Origin: Candidatus Cloacimonadales bacterium
GTDB lineage: Bacteria; Cloacimonadota; Cloacimonadia; Cloacimonadales; WRIO01
Length of the DNA: 64,000 nt
NCBI GenBank assembly: GCA_041654875.1
Contig: JBAZCP010000005.1
Coordinates: 497-64,496 of the forward strand
Reading direction: 5' to 3'
Positions 17,622-27,203 of the stretch are shown here, piece by piece. The position numbers and the translations under genes are program-made. Position 1 is the first letter of the stretch. Every line of letters starts with the position of its first letter. The notes beneath the pieces are model-generated. The model was not told the origin of the DNA. It ran no database searches and saw only the letters and a list, made by a program, of their open reading frames with translations.

Positions 17622-18635
17622 TTATTGTAAATCAATTATATCTGTACCATCGGCATATTTTCGTGTTTTGTACTCTGTTATAGTTCTAATTTTATTGATA
17701 ATTTCGACGATTCTTTCGATATTTGATAAAATACTGCTGATACTTTTTTCCAGCCATGGATTTTGTTTTGCTTTCTCACTTAACAGCTCGCAATGCCCCA
17801 TAATAATTTGTAAAGGTTGGTTAAGCTCATGTGATACAGTACCTGCAATCTCCAGAATACTTTTTAATTTTTCAGAATAAATATTTAATTCTTCTGCCTT
17901 CTTTTTTTGAGAAATATCTTCACCAACTTTGACAAAATGTGTTGTATCACCAGCACTGTTTTTTATTGGTGCAATTGAGGCAGACTCCCAATAGTATGTG
18001 CCATCTTTATTCTTATTATAAAATTCACCATTCCATTTTTCACCTCTGTTCAAAATATCCCAGAAGTTTTTATAGAATTCACTACTTTGATGCCCAGAAT
18101 TGAATATTTTAGGACTTTTGTATTTTATTTCTTCAAAAGTAAAGCCAGTTTGCTCTGTAACTTTTGGGTTGATATACTCAATTAATCCCTCTTTGTTTGT
18201 AATTATTATAAGAGTTGGACTTTGCTCGACAGCTTGAACCATCTTATTTAGCATACTTTCTTGTTCTTTTCTCTTTATAGCATAGGCACATGTGATAGGA
18301 ATCATTTGTAAATAAGCTCTTTCTTTGTCTTTAACAAGAAAATCAAATGCACCTGCTTTCATACTTGTAACAGCAAGCTCAACGTCTTCAGCACCAGTAA
18401 TAATAATCAATGGAATATCTTTGTATAATGCCATTAGCTGCATTGCATCGCCATCACCTAATTGGTAATCAGAGACAATTACATCTATTCTATTGTCTTT
18501 AAGTAGGCGCAAAGCTTCTTTGAATGAACTTGCAAAGTAAAATATGTATTCATTGTCATAATCTTTCAAAAAACGCTCAATAGCCTTTCTATCTATAAAA
18601 TCATCTTCAACAAGTAAAACTTTGTAATTTATCAT
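17622..18635 (-). CDS. Response-regulator receiver + PAS + HisKA-type DHp domain protein with no HATPase domain
   Basis: The ORF track starts at 18674. The ATG at 18635 is preceded by AGGAGGT, giving MINYKVLLVEDD. Contains a REC domain, a PAS domain (…GEKWNGEFYNKNKDGTYYWE…) and the H-box SHELNQPL. The protein ends about 60 aa after the H-box. Confidence 0.75.
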   Translation of the reverse strand: MINYKVLLVEDDFIDRKAIERFLKDYDNEYIFYFASSFKEALRLLKDNRIDVIVSDYQLGDGDAMQLMALYKDIPLIIITGAEDVELAVTSMKAGAFDFLVKDKERAYLQMIPITCAYAIKRKEQESMLNKMVQAVEQSPTLIIITNKEGLIEYINPKVTEQTGFTFEEIKYKSPKIFNSGHQSSEFYKNFWDILNRGEKWNGEFYNKNKDGTYYWESASIAPIKNSAGDTTHFVKVGEDISQKKKAEELNIYSEKLKSILEIAGTVSHELNQPLQIIMGHCELLSEKAKQNPWLEKSISSILSNIERIVEIINKIRTITEYKTRKYADGTDIIDLQ

Positions 18636-18649
18636 AAAACCTCCTATCT

Positions 18650-19060
18650 TTATAATAATACCTGTGTATCCCAATAGTCAAAAGTAATTTTTAGACTCTT
18701 TGCAAATATCTTATTGTTTGAACATTTGTGAATATAACCACGTGCACCCGATTGATAAGCTTGCATGACATCATTCTCATCTTTTGAAGTTGAAACAATT
18801 ATAATAGGGATAGTATAATATTTTTGCTCAAGTTGTATCTTTTTCAAAAAATCAAATCCATTAAACTTGGGTGTATTTAGATCTAAGAATATAATTCCAA
18901 TAGAATTTACAAAAAACTCTTTAGGACTATTAAAGAATTCTTCTCCATTTTTAAATATTAAAAGTGGATTGTTAATTTCTAAGTCTTTTAGACACTTTTT
19001 AAAAACCATTATATCAACTTTATCGTCTTCTATTAAAACTATGCTCTTTCTATTCAGCAT
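18650..19060 (-). CDS. Single-domain response regulator (CheY-like receiver)
   Basis: 136 aa: IVLIEDDKVD...IIFLDLNTPKFNG...VSTS... Confidence 0.85.
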   Translation of the reverse strand: MLNRKSIVLIEDDKVDIMVFKKCLKDLEINNPLLIFKNGEEFFNSPKEFFVNSIGIIFLDLNTPKFNGFDFLKKIQLEQKYYTIPIIIVSTSKDENDVMQAYQSGARGYIHKCSNNKIFAKSLKITFDYWDTQVLL

Positions 19061-19077
19061 TACTACTCCTTATAACT

Positions 19078-19105
19078 AATATATAATATTTAAAGCTATT
19101 GTCAA
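19078..19105 (-). promoter_or_regulatory. Sigma70-type promoter for the REC / REC-PAS-DHp operon
   Basis: On the minus strand, TTGACA (19105-19100), 16-nt spacer, TATATT (19083-19078), then AAGGAG and the ATG at 19060. Confidence 0.5.
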
Positions 19106-19318
19106 GTATTATTTTTGTACACTAATTGGTGAGTTGGTTTAGTCAGCGTACGGTGAGTTATAAATAGTGAATTACGTTTAGTATGTTTGTAATGGAGCAA
19201 TTTAATGCTTGGAAACAGGAATTTATAGGCTTTTATTTATACAAGTTGAAAACTTTCATTAAGCGGGTTTTATTTTTACAAGATGAAAGCTTGTATTTGC
19301 GGTTTCTTAAGATTTCAC

Positions 19319-19349
19319 TTGACAATTTTGTAGCAAAATATGTTATTTA
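19319..19349 (+). promoter_or_regulatory. Possible sigma70-type promoter for ansA-dapA
   Basis: TTGACA at 19319-19324 and TATTTA at 19344-19349. The 19-nt spacer is sub-optimal. Confidence 0.3.
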
Positions 19350-19377
19350 ATTTAAAATCATAATATGAAGGTGAAAA

Positions 19378-20343
19378 TTGAAAAAAAGAATCTTAATTAT
19401 TACCACGGGTGGCACAATAGCGATGAGATATGACTCAGAGAAGGGTGTTATTCCTTCTGATGAGCTCATAGAATTTTTGTTGAAATTTCCGAAGTTAAAC
19501 TCAGTTGCTAATATAGATATTCTGGAGTTTGCAAATATTCCAAGCCCATTTATGACACCAGACAAAATGTTTGAACTTTCTAAGTTTGTAGATTTAAAAA
19601 TAATTGATTATGATGGTATTGTGATAACTCACGGTACTGATACTCTTGAAGAAACCGCTTATATGCTTGATCTTACACTTACAACACGTAAACCAGTAGT
19701 GTTTACTGCGGCTATGAGATCAGGTGATGAATTAGGGCTTGATGGACCTCGTAATATCGTTGGCTCAGTTAGAGTAGCAGCTCACCCAAACTCCATTGAT
19801 AAAGGTGTTTTGGTTGTTATGAATGATGAAATTCATACAGCAAGAGATGTTGTAAAAGTTGATACAGGCCGTGTTGACTCTTTTGAATCGCCAGGTTATG
19901 GCACTCTTGGCTATATTGACTCAGATGATATTATTTATCACAGAAAAATAATCCAGAGAGACAGCGTCTGGACAGACAAAATTGAAACAAATGTTGATCT
20001 TATTAAAATGGTCTCTGGAATAAGTAATAGGTATTTAAAAAGCTCTTTAGATAATAATGCAAAGGGAATTATTATTGAGGCATTTGGTCGTGGAAATATA
20101 CCGCCATATCTTGTTACAGATATTGTAAATTTAGTTAATAATAATATTATTGTGGTTCTTGTTTCAAGAGCTTACACAGGGCGTGTTTTGCCAGAATATG
20201 GATATTCCGGTGGAGGAAAAGATCTTGTCAATCACGGTGTAATTATGGGAGGTGATCTAAAAGGACCTAAAGCACGAATTAAGCTAATGTGCTTATTAGG
20301 CAAATATATAGAACCAGAAACAGTTAAAAAAATGTTTTTATAA
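19378..20343 (+). CDS. ansA: L-asparaginase, type I
   Basis: TTG start after GAAGGTGA. Motifs ILIITTGGTIAM and HGTDTLEETA. Confidence 0.85.
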   Translation: MKKRILIITTGGTIAMRYDSEKGVIPSDELIEFLLKFPKLNSVANIDILEFANIPSPFMTPDKMFELSKFVDLKIIDYDGIVITHGTDTLEETAYMLDLTLTTRKPVVFTAAMRSGDELGLDGPRNIVGSVRVAAHPNSIDKGVLVVMNDEIHTARDVVKVDTGRVDSFESPGYGTLGYIDSDDIIYHRKIIQRDSVWTDKIETNVDLIKMVSGISNRYLKSSLDNNAKGIIIEAFGRGNIPPYLVTDIVNLVNNNIIVVLVSRAYTGRVLPEYGYSGGGKDLVNHGVIMGGDLKGPKARIKLMCLLGKYIEPETVKKMFL

Positions 20344-20359
20344 AAGAATTGGAGGAATT

Positions 20360-21235
20360 ATGAAAGGATCCATGGTAGCACTTGTAACACCATTTAAGAA
20401 CAATGAAATTGACTATAATGCCCTTGAAAAACTTATTGATTTTCATATTGAAAATAAAACCGACGTAATAGTCCTTTTAGGTACAACAGCCGAGACTGCA
20501 ACTTTGGCAAATGATGAAAAAGAAAGCTTATTACGTTTTGCAACACAAAGACTTAAAGGCAAAATCCCTTATATCATCGGTACAGGTACAAATAATGTAT
20601 CTCAAACACTCCTCAACACAGCAAGAGCAAAGTATTATGAAGCAGAAGCAGCTTTGATTGTTACCCCATATTATAATAAACCAACTCAAGAGGGTATTTA
20701 TCAATATTATAGCCACTTAGCAAAAAATGTCGATATTCCGATTATTATGTATAATGTACCAGGCAGAACAGGGTGTAATCAATCAGCAGAAACAACAATA
20801 AAACTTGCAAAAGAATTTCCTAACAAAATTATTGGTATCAAAGAAGCAAGCGGCAATATTGTACAAGCAGGTAAAATAATTAAAGATGCACCTGCAGGTT
20901 TCTTTTTATTATCAGGAGAAGATGCAATCAACTATCCATTGATGTGTATAGGTGCTCAGGGATGTATATCAGTAACAGCAAATATTGTACCTTTAAAAAT
21001 GCGTAATTTGATACATGCAGCATTGGATAATAATCATGCTGAGGCAAGAAAAATTCACTTAGAATTGCTTGAATTAAATCAAAATATGTTTATTGAAACT
21101 AACCCAATACCCGTGAAAAATGCCCTTTCAATGATGGGATTAATTTCGAATGAGCTTCGCTTACCTTTGTGTGATTTAGAACCACAAAATTTTATAAAGC
21201 TCGAAAAATGTTTAAAAGATAATAACCTAATTTAA
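20360..21235 (+). CDS. dapA: 4-hydroxy-tetrahydrodipicolinate synthase
   Basis: 291 aa. Motifs GTTAETATL, YNVPGRTG and IKEASG. Confidence 0.9.
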   Translation: MKGSMVALVTPFKNNEIDYNALEKLIDFHIENKTDVIVLLGTTAETATLANDEKESLLRFATQRLKGKIPYIIGTGTNNVSQTLLNTARAKYYEAEAALIVTPYYNKPTQEGIYQYYSHLAKNVDIPIIMYNVPGRTGCNQSAETTIKLAKEFPNKIIGIKEASGNIVQAGKIIKDAPAGFFLLSGEDAINYPLMCIGAQGCISVTANIVPLKMRNLIHAALDNNHAEARKIHLELLELNQNMFIETNPIPVKNALSMMGLISNELRLPLCDLEPQNFIKLEKCLKDNNLI

Positions 21236-21237
21236 AA

Positions 21238-21678
21238 ATGTCGTCAGAAAAGAGAAGAGATAGAACCCTCAATAAAAAATGGGGCATTTCAGACTCTAAT
21301 AATATTATTTGTCATAAAACTAAACGCTTTGAAAGCATGATTGTATGTGCAAGTAATTGCAAGACACGTTGTAATCTTTTTAAGCGTTTTTTTAATATAA
21401 AAATACTCCTGGACTTTGTTGAACAACATCCAGAATATGAAATCATTGGAGAAATAATGCAAGAAGCAAAAGGAACCAAAAAAACAGGTAAAACTGCAGG
21501 TAAACCCCAACAGAAAATTGAAAAGCTTTTTTGGGTGATTACTGAAGGAAACTTTGTTGAAGTAACAGAATCAGAATTATTAAACAACCCAATTCCCTAT
21601 TTGGATAAACTTATAGTTGAAAAACCAAGAGGTGAGTTTGAATTAATAGTTACACTAAAGAAAAAAAGCAGTAAATAG
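21238..21678 (+). CDS. Hypothetical protein (Cys-rich N-terminus, Lys-rich linker)
   Basis: 146-aa ORF starting 3 nt after dapA. No motif recognised. C25-x11-C37-x3-C41-x3-C45. Confidence 0.4.
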   Translation: MSSEKRRDRTLNKKWGISDSNNIICHKTKRFESMIVCASNCKTRCNLFKRFFNIKILLDFVEQHPEYEIIGEIMQEAKGTKKTGKTAGKPQQKIEKLFWVITEGNFVEVTESELLNNPIPYLDKLIVEKPRGEFELIVTLKKKSSK

Positions 21679-21682
21679 TTAA

Positions 21683-22462
21683 TTAGCCCATCATTTTCAT
21701 CAAGATAAGAATGTCTTGCTTGAATTTGCCAAACATTTCGTTAACAAGAGTTGCATAGTAGGGCCAAAAGTATTGCAATATGTATAGACCAAGCAAGATG
21801 TTCAAGACTAAAATGATGCTAAAGATATCTGCTTCTTGAACCATTTTGTTCAATATGCCGACCATTATTCTTATTAGTAACAATAAGATCATAACAGGTG
21901 CAGCAATTCTTATTCCTGAAATAACTATTATCTGAAGAATTGATACAAATTTAGGCACAAGCTCAGAAGGTAATTGTAAACCATTTAAGGGTATAATTAT
22001 AAAGCTATCTGCTATGACTTTAATAAAAAAGTGGTGACCATCTACTAATAAAATTAAGAGTACAGCAACGATATTGAATAGTTCTGAGATAGCCTGAGAT
22101 TGCTCATCATATAAAGGGTCTATCATTTCAGCCATATTAATACCCATGAGATGCCCTACTTGACCGCCTGCAAAACGGAAACTTTCAAATAAAATGGCTG
22201 CAAACATCCCTATACAGGCTCCGACTATTGCTTCTTTAACAGTCAAAAAAATAAAGGCAACAAATTCTTTGGGCAAACTTTGTTCATATGGTATGATTTT
22301 AAACAATATTAATGAAAAAAACAATGAGATGAATACCTTTACACGAGGGTCAACAGACTCGTTAGAAAACAAAGGTAAAACAACAAACAAAACAGCTATT
22401 CTGATAAATATTAAAAGCCAGTTTTGAAACTCAATTAGTGTTATGCCAAGTGTTTCAAACAT
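21683..22462 (-). CDS. fliR: Flagellar biosynthetic protein FliR
   Basis: 259-aa polytopic membrane protein directly after fliQ. Confidence 0.85.
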   Translation of the reverse strand: MFETLGITLIEFQNWLLIFIRIAVLFVVLPLFSNESVDPRVKVFISLFFSLILFKIIPYEQSLPKEFVAFIFLTVKEAIVGACIGMFAAILFESFRFAGGQVGHLMGINMAEMIDPLYDEQSQAISELFNIVAVLLILLVDGHHFFIKVIADSFIIIPLNGLQLPSELVPKFVSILQIIVISGIRIAAPVMILLLLIRIMVGILNKMVQEADIFSIILVLNILLGLYILQYFWPYYATLVNEMFGKFKQDILILMKMMG

Positions 22463-22474
22463 CGCTTAAGCCAT

Positions 22475-22741
22475 TTATTTTACCGTCATCATAATATTCA
22501 TAATATAATTAAAGTATTCGATAAACTTATTGATCATCCAGGGTATGGTCAACAAAAGTACGACAGTAATTGATAAGATTTTGGGGATAAATGTCAACGT
22601 CATTTCTTTTATTTGAATAACTGATTGCATTATAGACAAAAGAACACCTATAACCAAACCTGTTATAAGTACTGGTGCAGCAATTATCATTGTATAATAC
22701 AGTGTTTTAGTTGCTATTTCTACTACTAATTCTTGGCTCAT
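22475..22741 (-). CDS. fliQ: Flagellar biosynthetic protein FliQ
   Basis: 88 aa with two TM helices, between fliP and fliR. Confidence 0.85.
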   Translation of the reverse strand: MSQELVVEIATKTLYYTMIIAAPVLITGLVIGVLLSIMQSVIQIKEMTLTFIPKILSITVVLLLTIPWMINKFIEYFNYIMNIMMTVK

Positions 22742-22747
22742 ATATAC

Positions 22748-23530
22748 CTACCAATTTATGCTTCTTACAAGAGTTTGAACAATTAAATACCAGCCATCAA
22801 CAATTATAAATAAAAGTATTTTTAATGGTGCAGATATCATTGCAGGAGGCAACATCATCATTCCCATCGACATTAAGATACTCGCAACTATCATGTCTAT
22901 CATCAAAAATGGCAGGTATATTAAAAAGCCCATTTCAAAAGCAAGCCTGATCTCGCTCAATGCATATGCACTTACAAGAATAGGAAGAGTTATCTCGTCT
23001 GCATTTTCTGGTTTTGGCATTCTGGAAGTGTTTAACATCAAAGCTAAATCTTTTTCTCTTGTTTGCTTTAACATAAATGTTCTTAAAGGGCTTATTCCTT
23101 CTTTATAGAATTCTTCATGAGTCAGTTCCGCTTTCAAATATGGTTGTAATGCTCTATCATTGATTTGTTTGAATACAGGGCTCATTATAAAAAAAGTTAA
23201 TAAAAGAGATATACTTACCAATATCTGATTGCTTGGGACAGGTTGAGTTCCCAAAGCTTTACGTACAAATGATAAAACAATTGAAATGCGAGTAAAGCAT
23301 GTCATCATAATTAGAATTGAAGGTGCAAGTGAAATAACAGTGATTAGTAATAGAATTTGTAAGCTATTTGCAACGTCTTTCGGTGACTGGGCTTCATCAA
23401 AACCAATACTTACTCGTGGCATTACTTGCCCATAGATACTACAAACACTTAAAACAAGAACAAGAAAAATCAAAGTTCGTTTGTTTAAAAATGTCTTAAA
23501 CTTTTGAACATTGGGAAATCTAATGTTCAT
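22748..23530 (-). CDS. fliP: Flagellar biosynthetic protein FliP
   Basis: 260 aa. Conserved ...LLLITVISLAPSILIMMTCFTRI.. and GFLIYLPFLMIDMIVASILMSMGMMMLPP. Confidence 0.9.
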   Translation of the reverse strand: MNIRFPNVQKFKTFLNKRTLIFLVLVLSVCSIYGQVMPRVSIGFDEAQSPKDVANSLQILLLITVISLAPSILIMMTCFTRISIVLSFVRKALGTQPVPSNQILVSISLLLTFFIMSPVFKQINDRALQPYLKAELTHEEFYKEGISPLRTFMLKQTREKDLALMLNTSRMPKPENADEITLPILVSAYALSEIRLAFEMGFLIYLPFLMIDMIVASILMSMGMMMLPPAMISAPLKILLFIIVDGWYLIVQTLVRSINW

Positions 23531-24023
23531 TTTTACCCTTCTTCTTTAAATGCTTGGCATATAGACTAATAAAAATAGAGTTTTCTTGTTGTGGCTTTTG
23601 ATTAGTAATTTCTTCTATTTCTTCTTGATTTTCGATAATATCAATCACTTTAATAGTGTTTTGATTGGAGGCAATTATATATAGTTTTTTACTAATCAAA
23701 ACAAGTTGCACTAATTGCTTATAAGCCAAGGGCTGAGTCTCTATTACCTTTATATTATTTTTAGATTTTAATGATAATCCTCGATTCAAAGACTTAAAAA
23801 GCCTTAAAGCTATATAAAGTATTAATGAAATTATGATTAGGCTAAATATCATTTTCCCCATCATGATAGCAAACGAAGGTGTTGCAGTGCCTTCAAGACT
23901 TGTCACACTGTAAGATGAACTATCCAGTGTATCGATACTGGTATCCTTGAAAAAAGTACTATCAATTTGCGGAAAAAGCAACGTAGTTGATATAAGGAAA
24001 ATAATTAACAAGATATGCTTCAT
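23520..24023 (-). CDS. fliO: Flagellar protein FliO/FliZ
   Basis: 167 aa with a single central TM helix, located between fliN and fliP. Confidence 0.65.
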   Translation of the reverse strand: MKHILLIIFLISTTLLFPQIDSTFFKDTSIDTLDSSSYSVTSLEGTATPSFAIMMGKMIFSLIIISLILYIALRLFKSLNRGLSLKSKNNIKVIETQPLAYKQLVQLVLISKKLYIIASNQNTIKVIDIIENQEEIEEITNQKPQQENSIFISLYAKHLKKKGKNEH

Positions 24024-24952
24024 TAATCTTGACCAAGACTTTTAATTCTTTCTTCTCTTGATACAAGACTGACAATTCGGACAGCATAATTTTCATCAGC
24101 CACCATCACCTCACCAACAGCGAATTTTTTACCGTTAATCATCAAATCGACTAAATCGCCTGCAAGTTTGTCGAGTTCTACAACGGAGCCCTGCCCGATT
24201 TCTAATATCTCTTTGATTTTCATGTCTTTTCTACCAAGCTCGACTGTAACAGGCAAAACAACATCCATTAGTACATCAATGTTAATATTTTTACCTGAAC
24301 TTGGTCTGACTTCTTCAATTTCGCTAAATTGTGCTCTCGATACTCTAACAGGCTCTTGTTGTATGCTATCTTTAAATGAGGGTTTATCTGGTTGGTATGC
24401 AGGAGTATCATCTACTTCAAAGCTTGCGTTGATAGAAGCAATTGCTTGATCGTCAAAAACTAAAAAGCACGAAAATGTTTTTCCAATGACCGTAAATGTC
24501 AATTCTTGCATCTTGCTATCAATTAAAAAATTTTGTTGTATTTCCATATCAGTAAGTTCAATTTCACTAACTGTACCACTCAAATTTACATCTTCTCCTG
24601 CAAATTCAGCAGTCATACTACCAAGTATTTGATTGCACATCTCTTTCATTGCGTCATTATGTTCATCAGGTATATAATCCGCATCGCCATCACCTAACAT
24701 CATGAGATCAGCGAATATGGCTACTGATTCCTTGTCCATGATAAGTTGAAGCTGAAAGCTTGCACTACCAGAGTAGGTAATGGACAAAGCAATGCAAGGT
24801 ATTTCAATATTTGACTGGATTTTGCTAAAGTCAAAGTCGCCAAATTCAACTACGTTAAAATCAATAATTTGATTTGTAATAGTGTTTAAAACACCTGATG
24901 CATTGTTAATGAAAAACTCTATATATTTTTTTATTTGTGGAGAGTTACTCAT
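24023..24952 (-). CDS. fliN: Flagellar motor switch protein FliN/FliY (long form)
   Basis: 309 aa. C-terminal SpoA/FliN domain (VTVELGRKDMKIKEILEIGQGSVVELDKLAGDLVDLMINGKKFAVGEVMV). The N-terminal ~200 aa carry one partial CheC-like D-x3-E-x2-N motif (DAMKEMCN). Confidence 0.8.
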   Translation of the reverse strand: MSNSPQIKKYIEFFINNASGVLNTITNQIIDFNVVEFGDFDFSKIQSNIEIPCIALSITYSGSASFQLQLIMDKESVAIFADLMMLGDGDADYIPDEHNDAMKEMCNQILGSMTAEFAGEDVNLSGTVSEIELTDMEIQQNFLIDSKMQELTFTVIGKTFSCFLVFDDQAIASINASFEVDDTPAYQPDKPSFKDSIQQEPVRVSRAQFSEIEEVRPSSGKNINIDVLMDVVLPVTVELGRKDMKIKEILEIGQGSVVELDKLAGDLVDLMINGKKFAVGEVMVADENYAVRIVSLVSREERIKSLGQD

Positions 24953-25935
24953 ATTATATCTCCTTCATCATCTGTAATATGTTCCACTTTAAATGAATAT
25001 TTTTTATTATAAATTCCTGGTGCTCCAGAAAACAAATACTGACCTTGTACTTTTGCTACACACGCATCGTTTATCGATTTTTGCAAAACCAATATATCAT
25101 CTTGCTCTAAATTCATAAAATCTTGAACAAGTAGATCAAGGGATCCTATTTCAACTGAAAACTTAACTGGGGTATTCTCAAGCGATCTGTAAAGGTTTTT
25201 TGCATCAATTTCATTAGGTTTTTTCTTTGTAAGAGCAATATAATTTTGGGTAATTAATTTTTTTAAAATTGGCTCAAGCATAAAATATGGAAAGCATAAT
25301 AGGATATAAAACTCGAAGTTTCTGGCTATTACTGGAAAGTTAAATACAATCATAGTTTCAGATGCTGGTGCTATTGTAACAAGTTGAGGGTTAGTTTCAA
25401 ATGTAAGAACATTGGGTTGTAAAATATCAATATGTTGCCATGCTTCTTTTAAAAACTCTAAGACTCTTTCAGAGACTGTATTCATAACAGAGCGCTCGAT
25501 AATAGTTGGTGTTGCTTCATTTCTTTGCACACTGCTTCCAGTACCACCAAATAGTCTATCAATCACAAAAAATGATAGATTTGGGTCAACTTCAAGTAAT
25601 GCTTGCCCATCCAAATTAGTAATATCAAAGATATACATATAAGTAAAGTCGGATGCTGACATAGTGAATTCCAAATAGGTTACTTGTTCAATAGTTGGAG
25701 GTTTAACGTCAATCATGGTTCTTAATTGATTAGACAAGTAAGTCGACAAAAGTCTTGCAAAGTTATCATGTATGTTTCTTAGTATTTTTAATTGCTCTTT
25801 AGATACACGATCAGGATGCCTAAAGTCATAAAGACGCAATTCTTTCTTTTTATTCTCGAATTCAAATACTTGATCGGGACCTTGCTCTTGGGAGAGCAAC
25901 GCATCAACTTCTTCTTGTGTTAATAACTTACTCAT
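24949..25935 (-). CDS. fliM: Flagellar motor switch protein FliM
   Basis: 328 aa. N-terminal LTQEEVDALL CheY-P-binding-type motif, with YDFRHPDR downstream. Confidence 0.9.
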   Translation of the reverse strand: MSKLLTQEEVDALLSQEQGPDQVFEFENKKKELRLYDFRHPDRVSKEQLKILRNIHDNFARLLSTYLSNQLRTMIDVKPPTIEQVTYLEFTMSASDFTYMYIFDITNLDGQALLEVDPNLSFFVIDRLFGGTGSSVQRNEATPTIIERSVMNTVSERVLEFLKEAWQHIDILQPNVLTFETNPQLVTIAPASETMIVFNFPVIARNFEFYILLCFPYFMLEPILKKLITQNYIALTKKKPNEIDAKNLYRSLENTPVKFSVEIGSLDLLVQDFMNLEQDDILVLQKSINDACVAKVQGQYLFSGAPGIYNKKYSFKVEHITDDEGDII

Positions 25936-25945
25936 TTATGCGTTC

Positions 25946-26461
25946 CTATTGTATTACAAACTGTGGAATCAAGACGTTTGATATTTTTCCTTCTATTAAT
26001 AAGCTATTGATTTCCCTTTTTAAGTCACGCTTAAATGATTCTCTGGAATCAATATCTTGTAATTCTTCTTTTTCTTTTATAGAAAAATAACTAAGTACCT
26101 TATCTTTTATCAACAAATCCTTATTTTTTAATTCAGTGATAAGATTTACATTTTTTGTTTGATGCTCTAATGCAATTGAAACAACAAGAAAGCTTTCTGG
26201 AGCATTTCTTGGATTAACTACAATATCGCTAAGTTCTGTAATCATATATTCTTTGATATAATCTCTTGCTTTTGTATTGGTGAAGCCTCCTTCTTCAGAT
26301 ATAATGGCATCTTTATTTGAATGCTCAACTTTTATTGGCTTAATTTTTTGTTCACCTTTTGAAGATAAGATGAAATATAAAACTCCCGCTATAATAATTT
26401 GAGCAACAACAATAATAACAATAACTAAAACATTCACTTTTCCGATATTATTAATCTTCAT
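25946..26461 (-). CDS. fliL: Flagellar basal-body-associated protein FliL
   Basis: 171 aa with a single N-terminal TM helix, located between motB and fliM. Confidence 0.75.
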   Translation of the reverse strand: MKINNIGKVNVLVIVIIVVAQIIIAGVLYFILSSKGEQKIKPIKVEHSNKDAIISEEGGFTNTKARDYIKEYMITELSDIVVNPRNAPESFLVVSIALEHQTKNVNLITELKNKDLLIKDKVLSYFSIKEKEELQDIDSRESFKRDLKREINSLLIEGKISNVLIPQFVIQ

Positions 26462-26462
26462 A

Positions 26463-27203
26463 TTATTCTCCTACACTTGATAAAATACTTTTTCTTACTT
26501 CGCTTCGTAAATTCACATAAATCTCAACGCGTCTATTAAGCCCTCTGCCTTCTTCTGTTAGATTATCGGCTATCGGTCTTGTTTCTCCGTAGCCTATTAC
26601 TTGAAAACGACTGCTATTAACGCCGTTTTCATTAAGCTGTTTGGCAACTGACAACGCTCTTGAAAAAGATAGCTCCCAGTTTGAAGGAAACATAGGTGTG
26701 CTAATTGGCAAGTTATCAGTATGACCTTCAACTCTAATTTCAAAAGGAAAAAGTATGAGCACGTCTGAAATTAGTTTGATTAGAGGCTTTGCTGTATCTT
26801 TCAAATCAGCAGAGCCAGTAGTAAATAGCATTGGTGCAGATAAACTAAAATGAATAGTATCTTTATCATGAGTAATTTTTAACATTTCATTCTCGCCTGA
26901 TTTTTGAGCTGTAGTGCGTATTTCTTTCATAATCTCTTCAACCAACTTGTCAGTTTTTCCTCTTCCAACAGAAAACAATGGCATTTTTGTCATTGGTAGC
27001 ATTTGACCTTGCGTACCTTGCAAAACACCTAAAGCACCCTTGAGAGAAGTTGAAGCCATAGAAAATTTTGATTGTTCAATTGAAGAGAAAGAGATTAACA
27101 AGACAAAAAAGGTGACGAGCAAAGTCATCATATCTCCGTAGGTAAGCATATACTCTGGTGCACCAACTTTGGGGCATTCAGGGCATTTCTTATTCTTTGC
27201 CAT
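26463..27203 (-). CDS. motB: Flagellar stator protein MotB (OmpA-like C-terminus)
   Basis: 246 aa. TM helix with Asp (TYGDMMTLL) and an OmpA-type NRRVEI motif. Confidence 0.9.
   Translation of the reverse strand: MAKNKKCPECPKVGAPEYMLTYGDMMTLLVTFFVLLISFSSIEQSKFSMASTSLKGALGVLQGTQGQMLPMTKMPLFSVGRGKTDKLVEEIMKEIRTTAQKSGENEMLKITHDKDTIHFSLSAPMLFTTGSADLKDTAKPLIKLISDVLILFPFEIRVEGHTDNLPISTPMFPSNWELSFSRALSVAKQLNENGVNSSRFQVIGYGETRPIADNLTEEGRGLNRRVEIYVNLRSEVRKSILSSVGE

Noticed and set aside
19080-19377. A lysine (L-box) riboswitch upstream of ansA-dapA.
   Set aside because: The best promoter match is only about 55 nt from the start codon. No L-box-like conserved helices or motifs are visible in the region.
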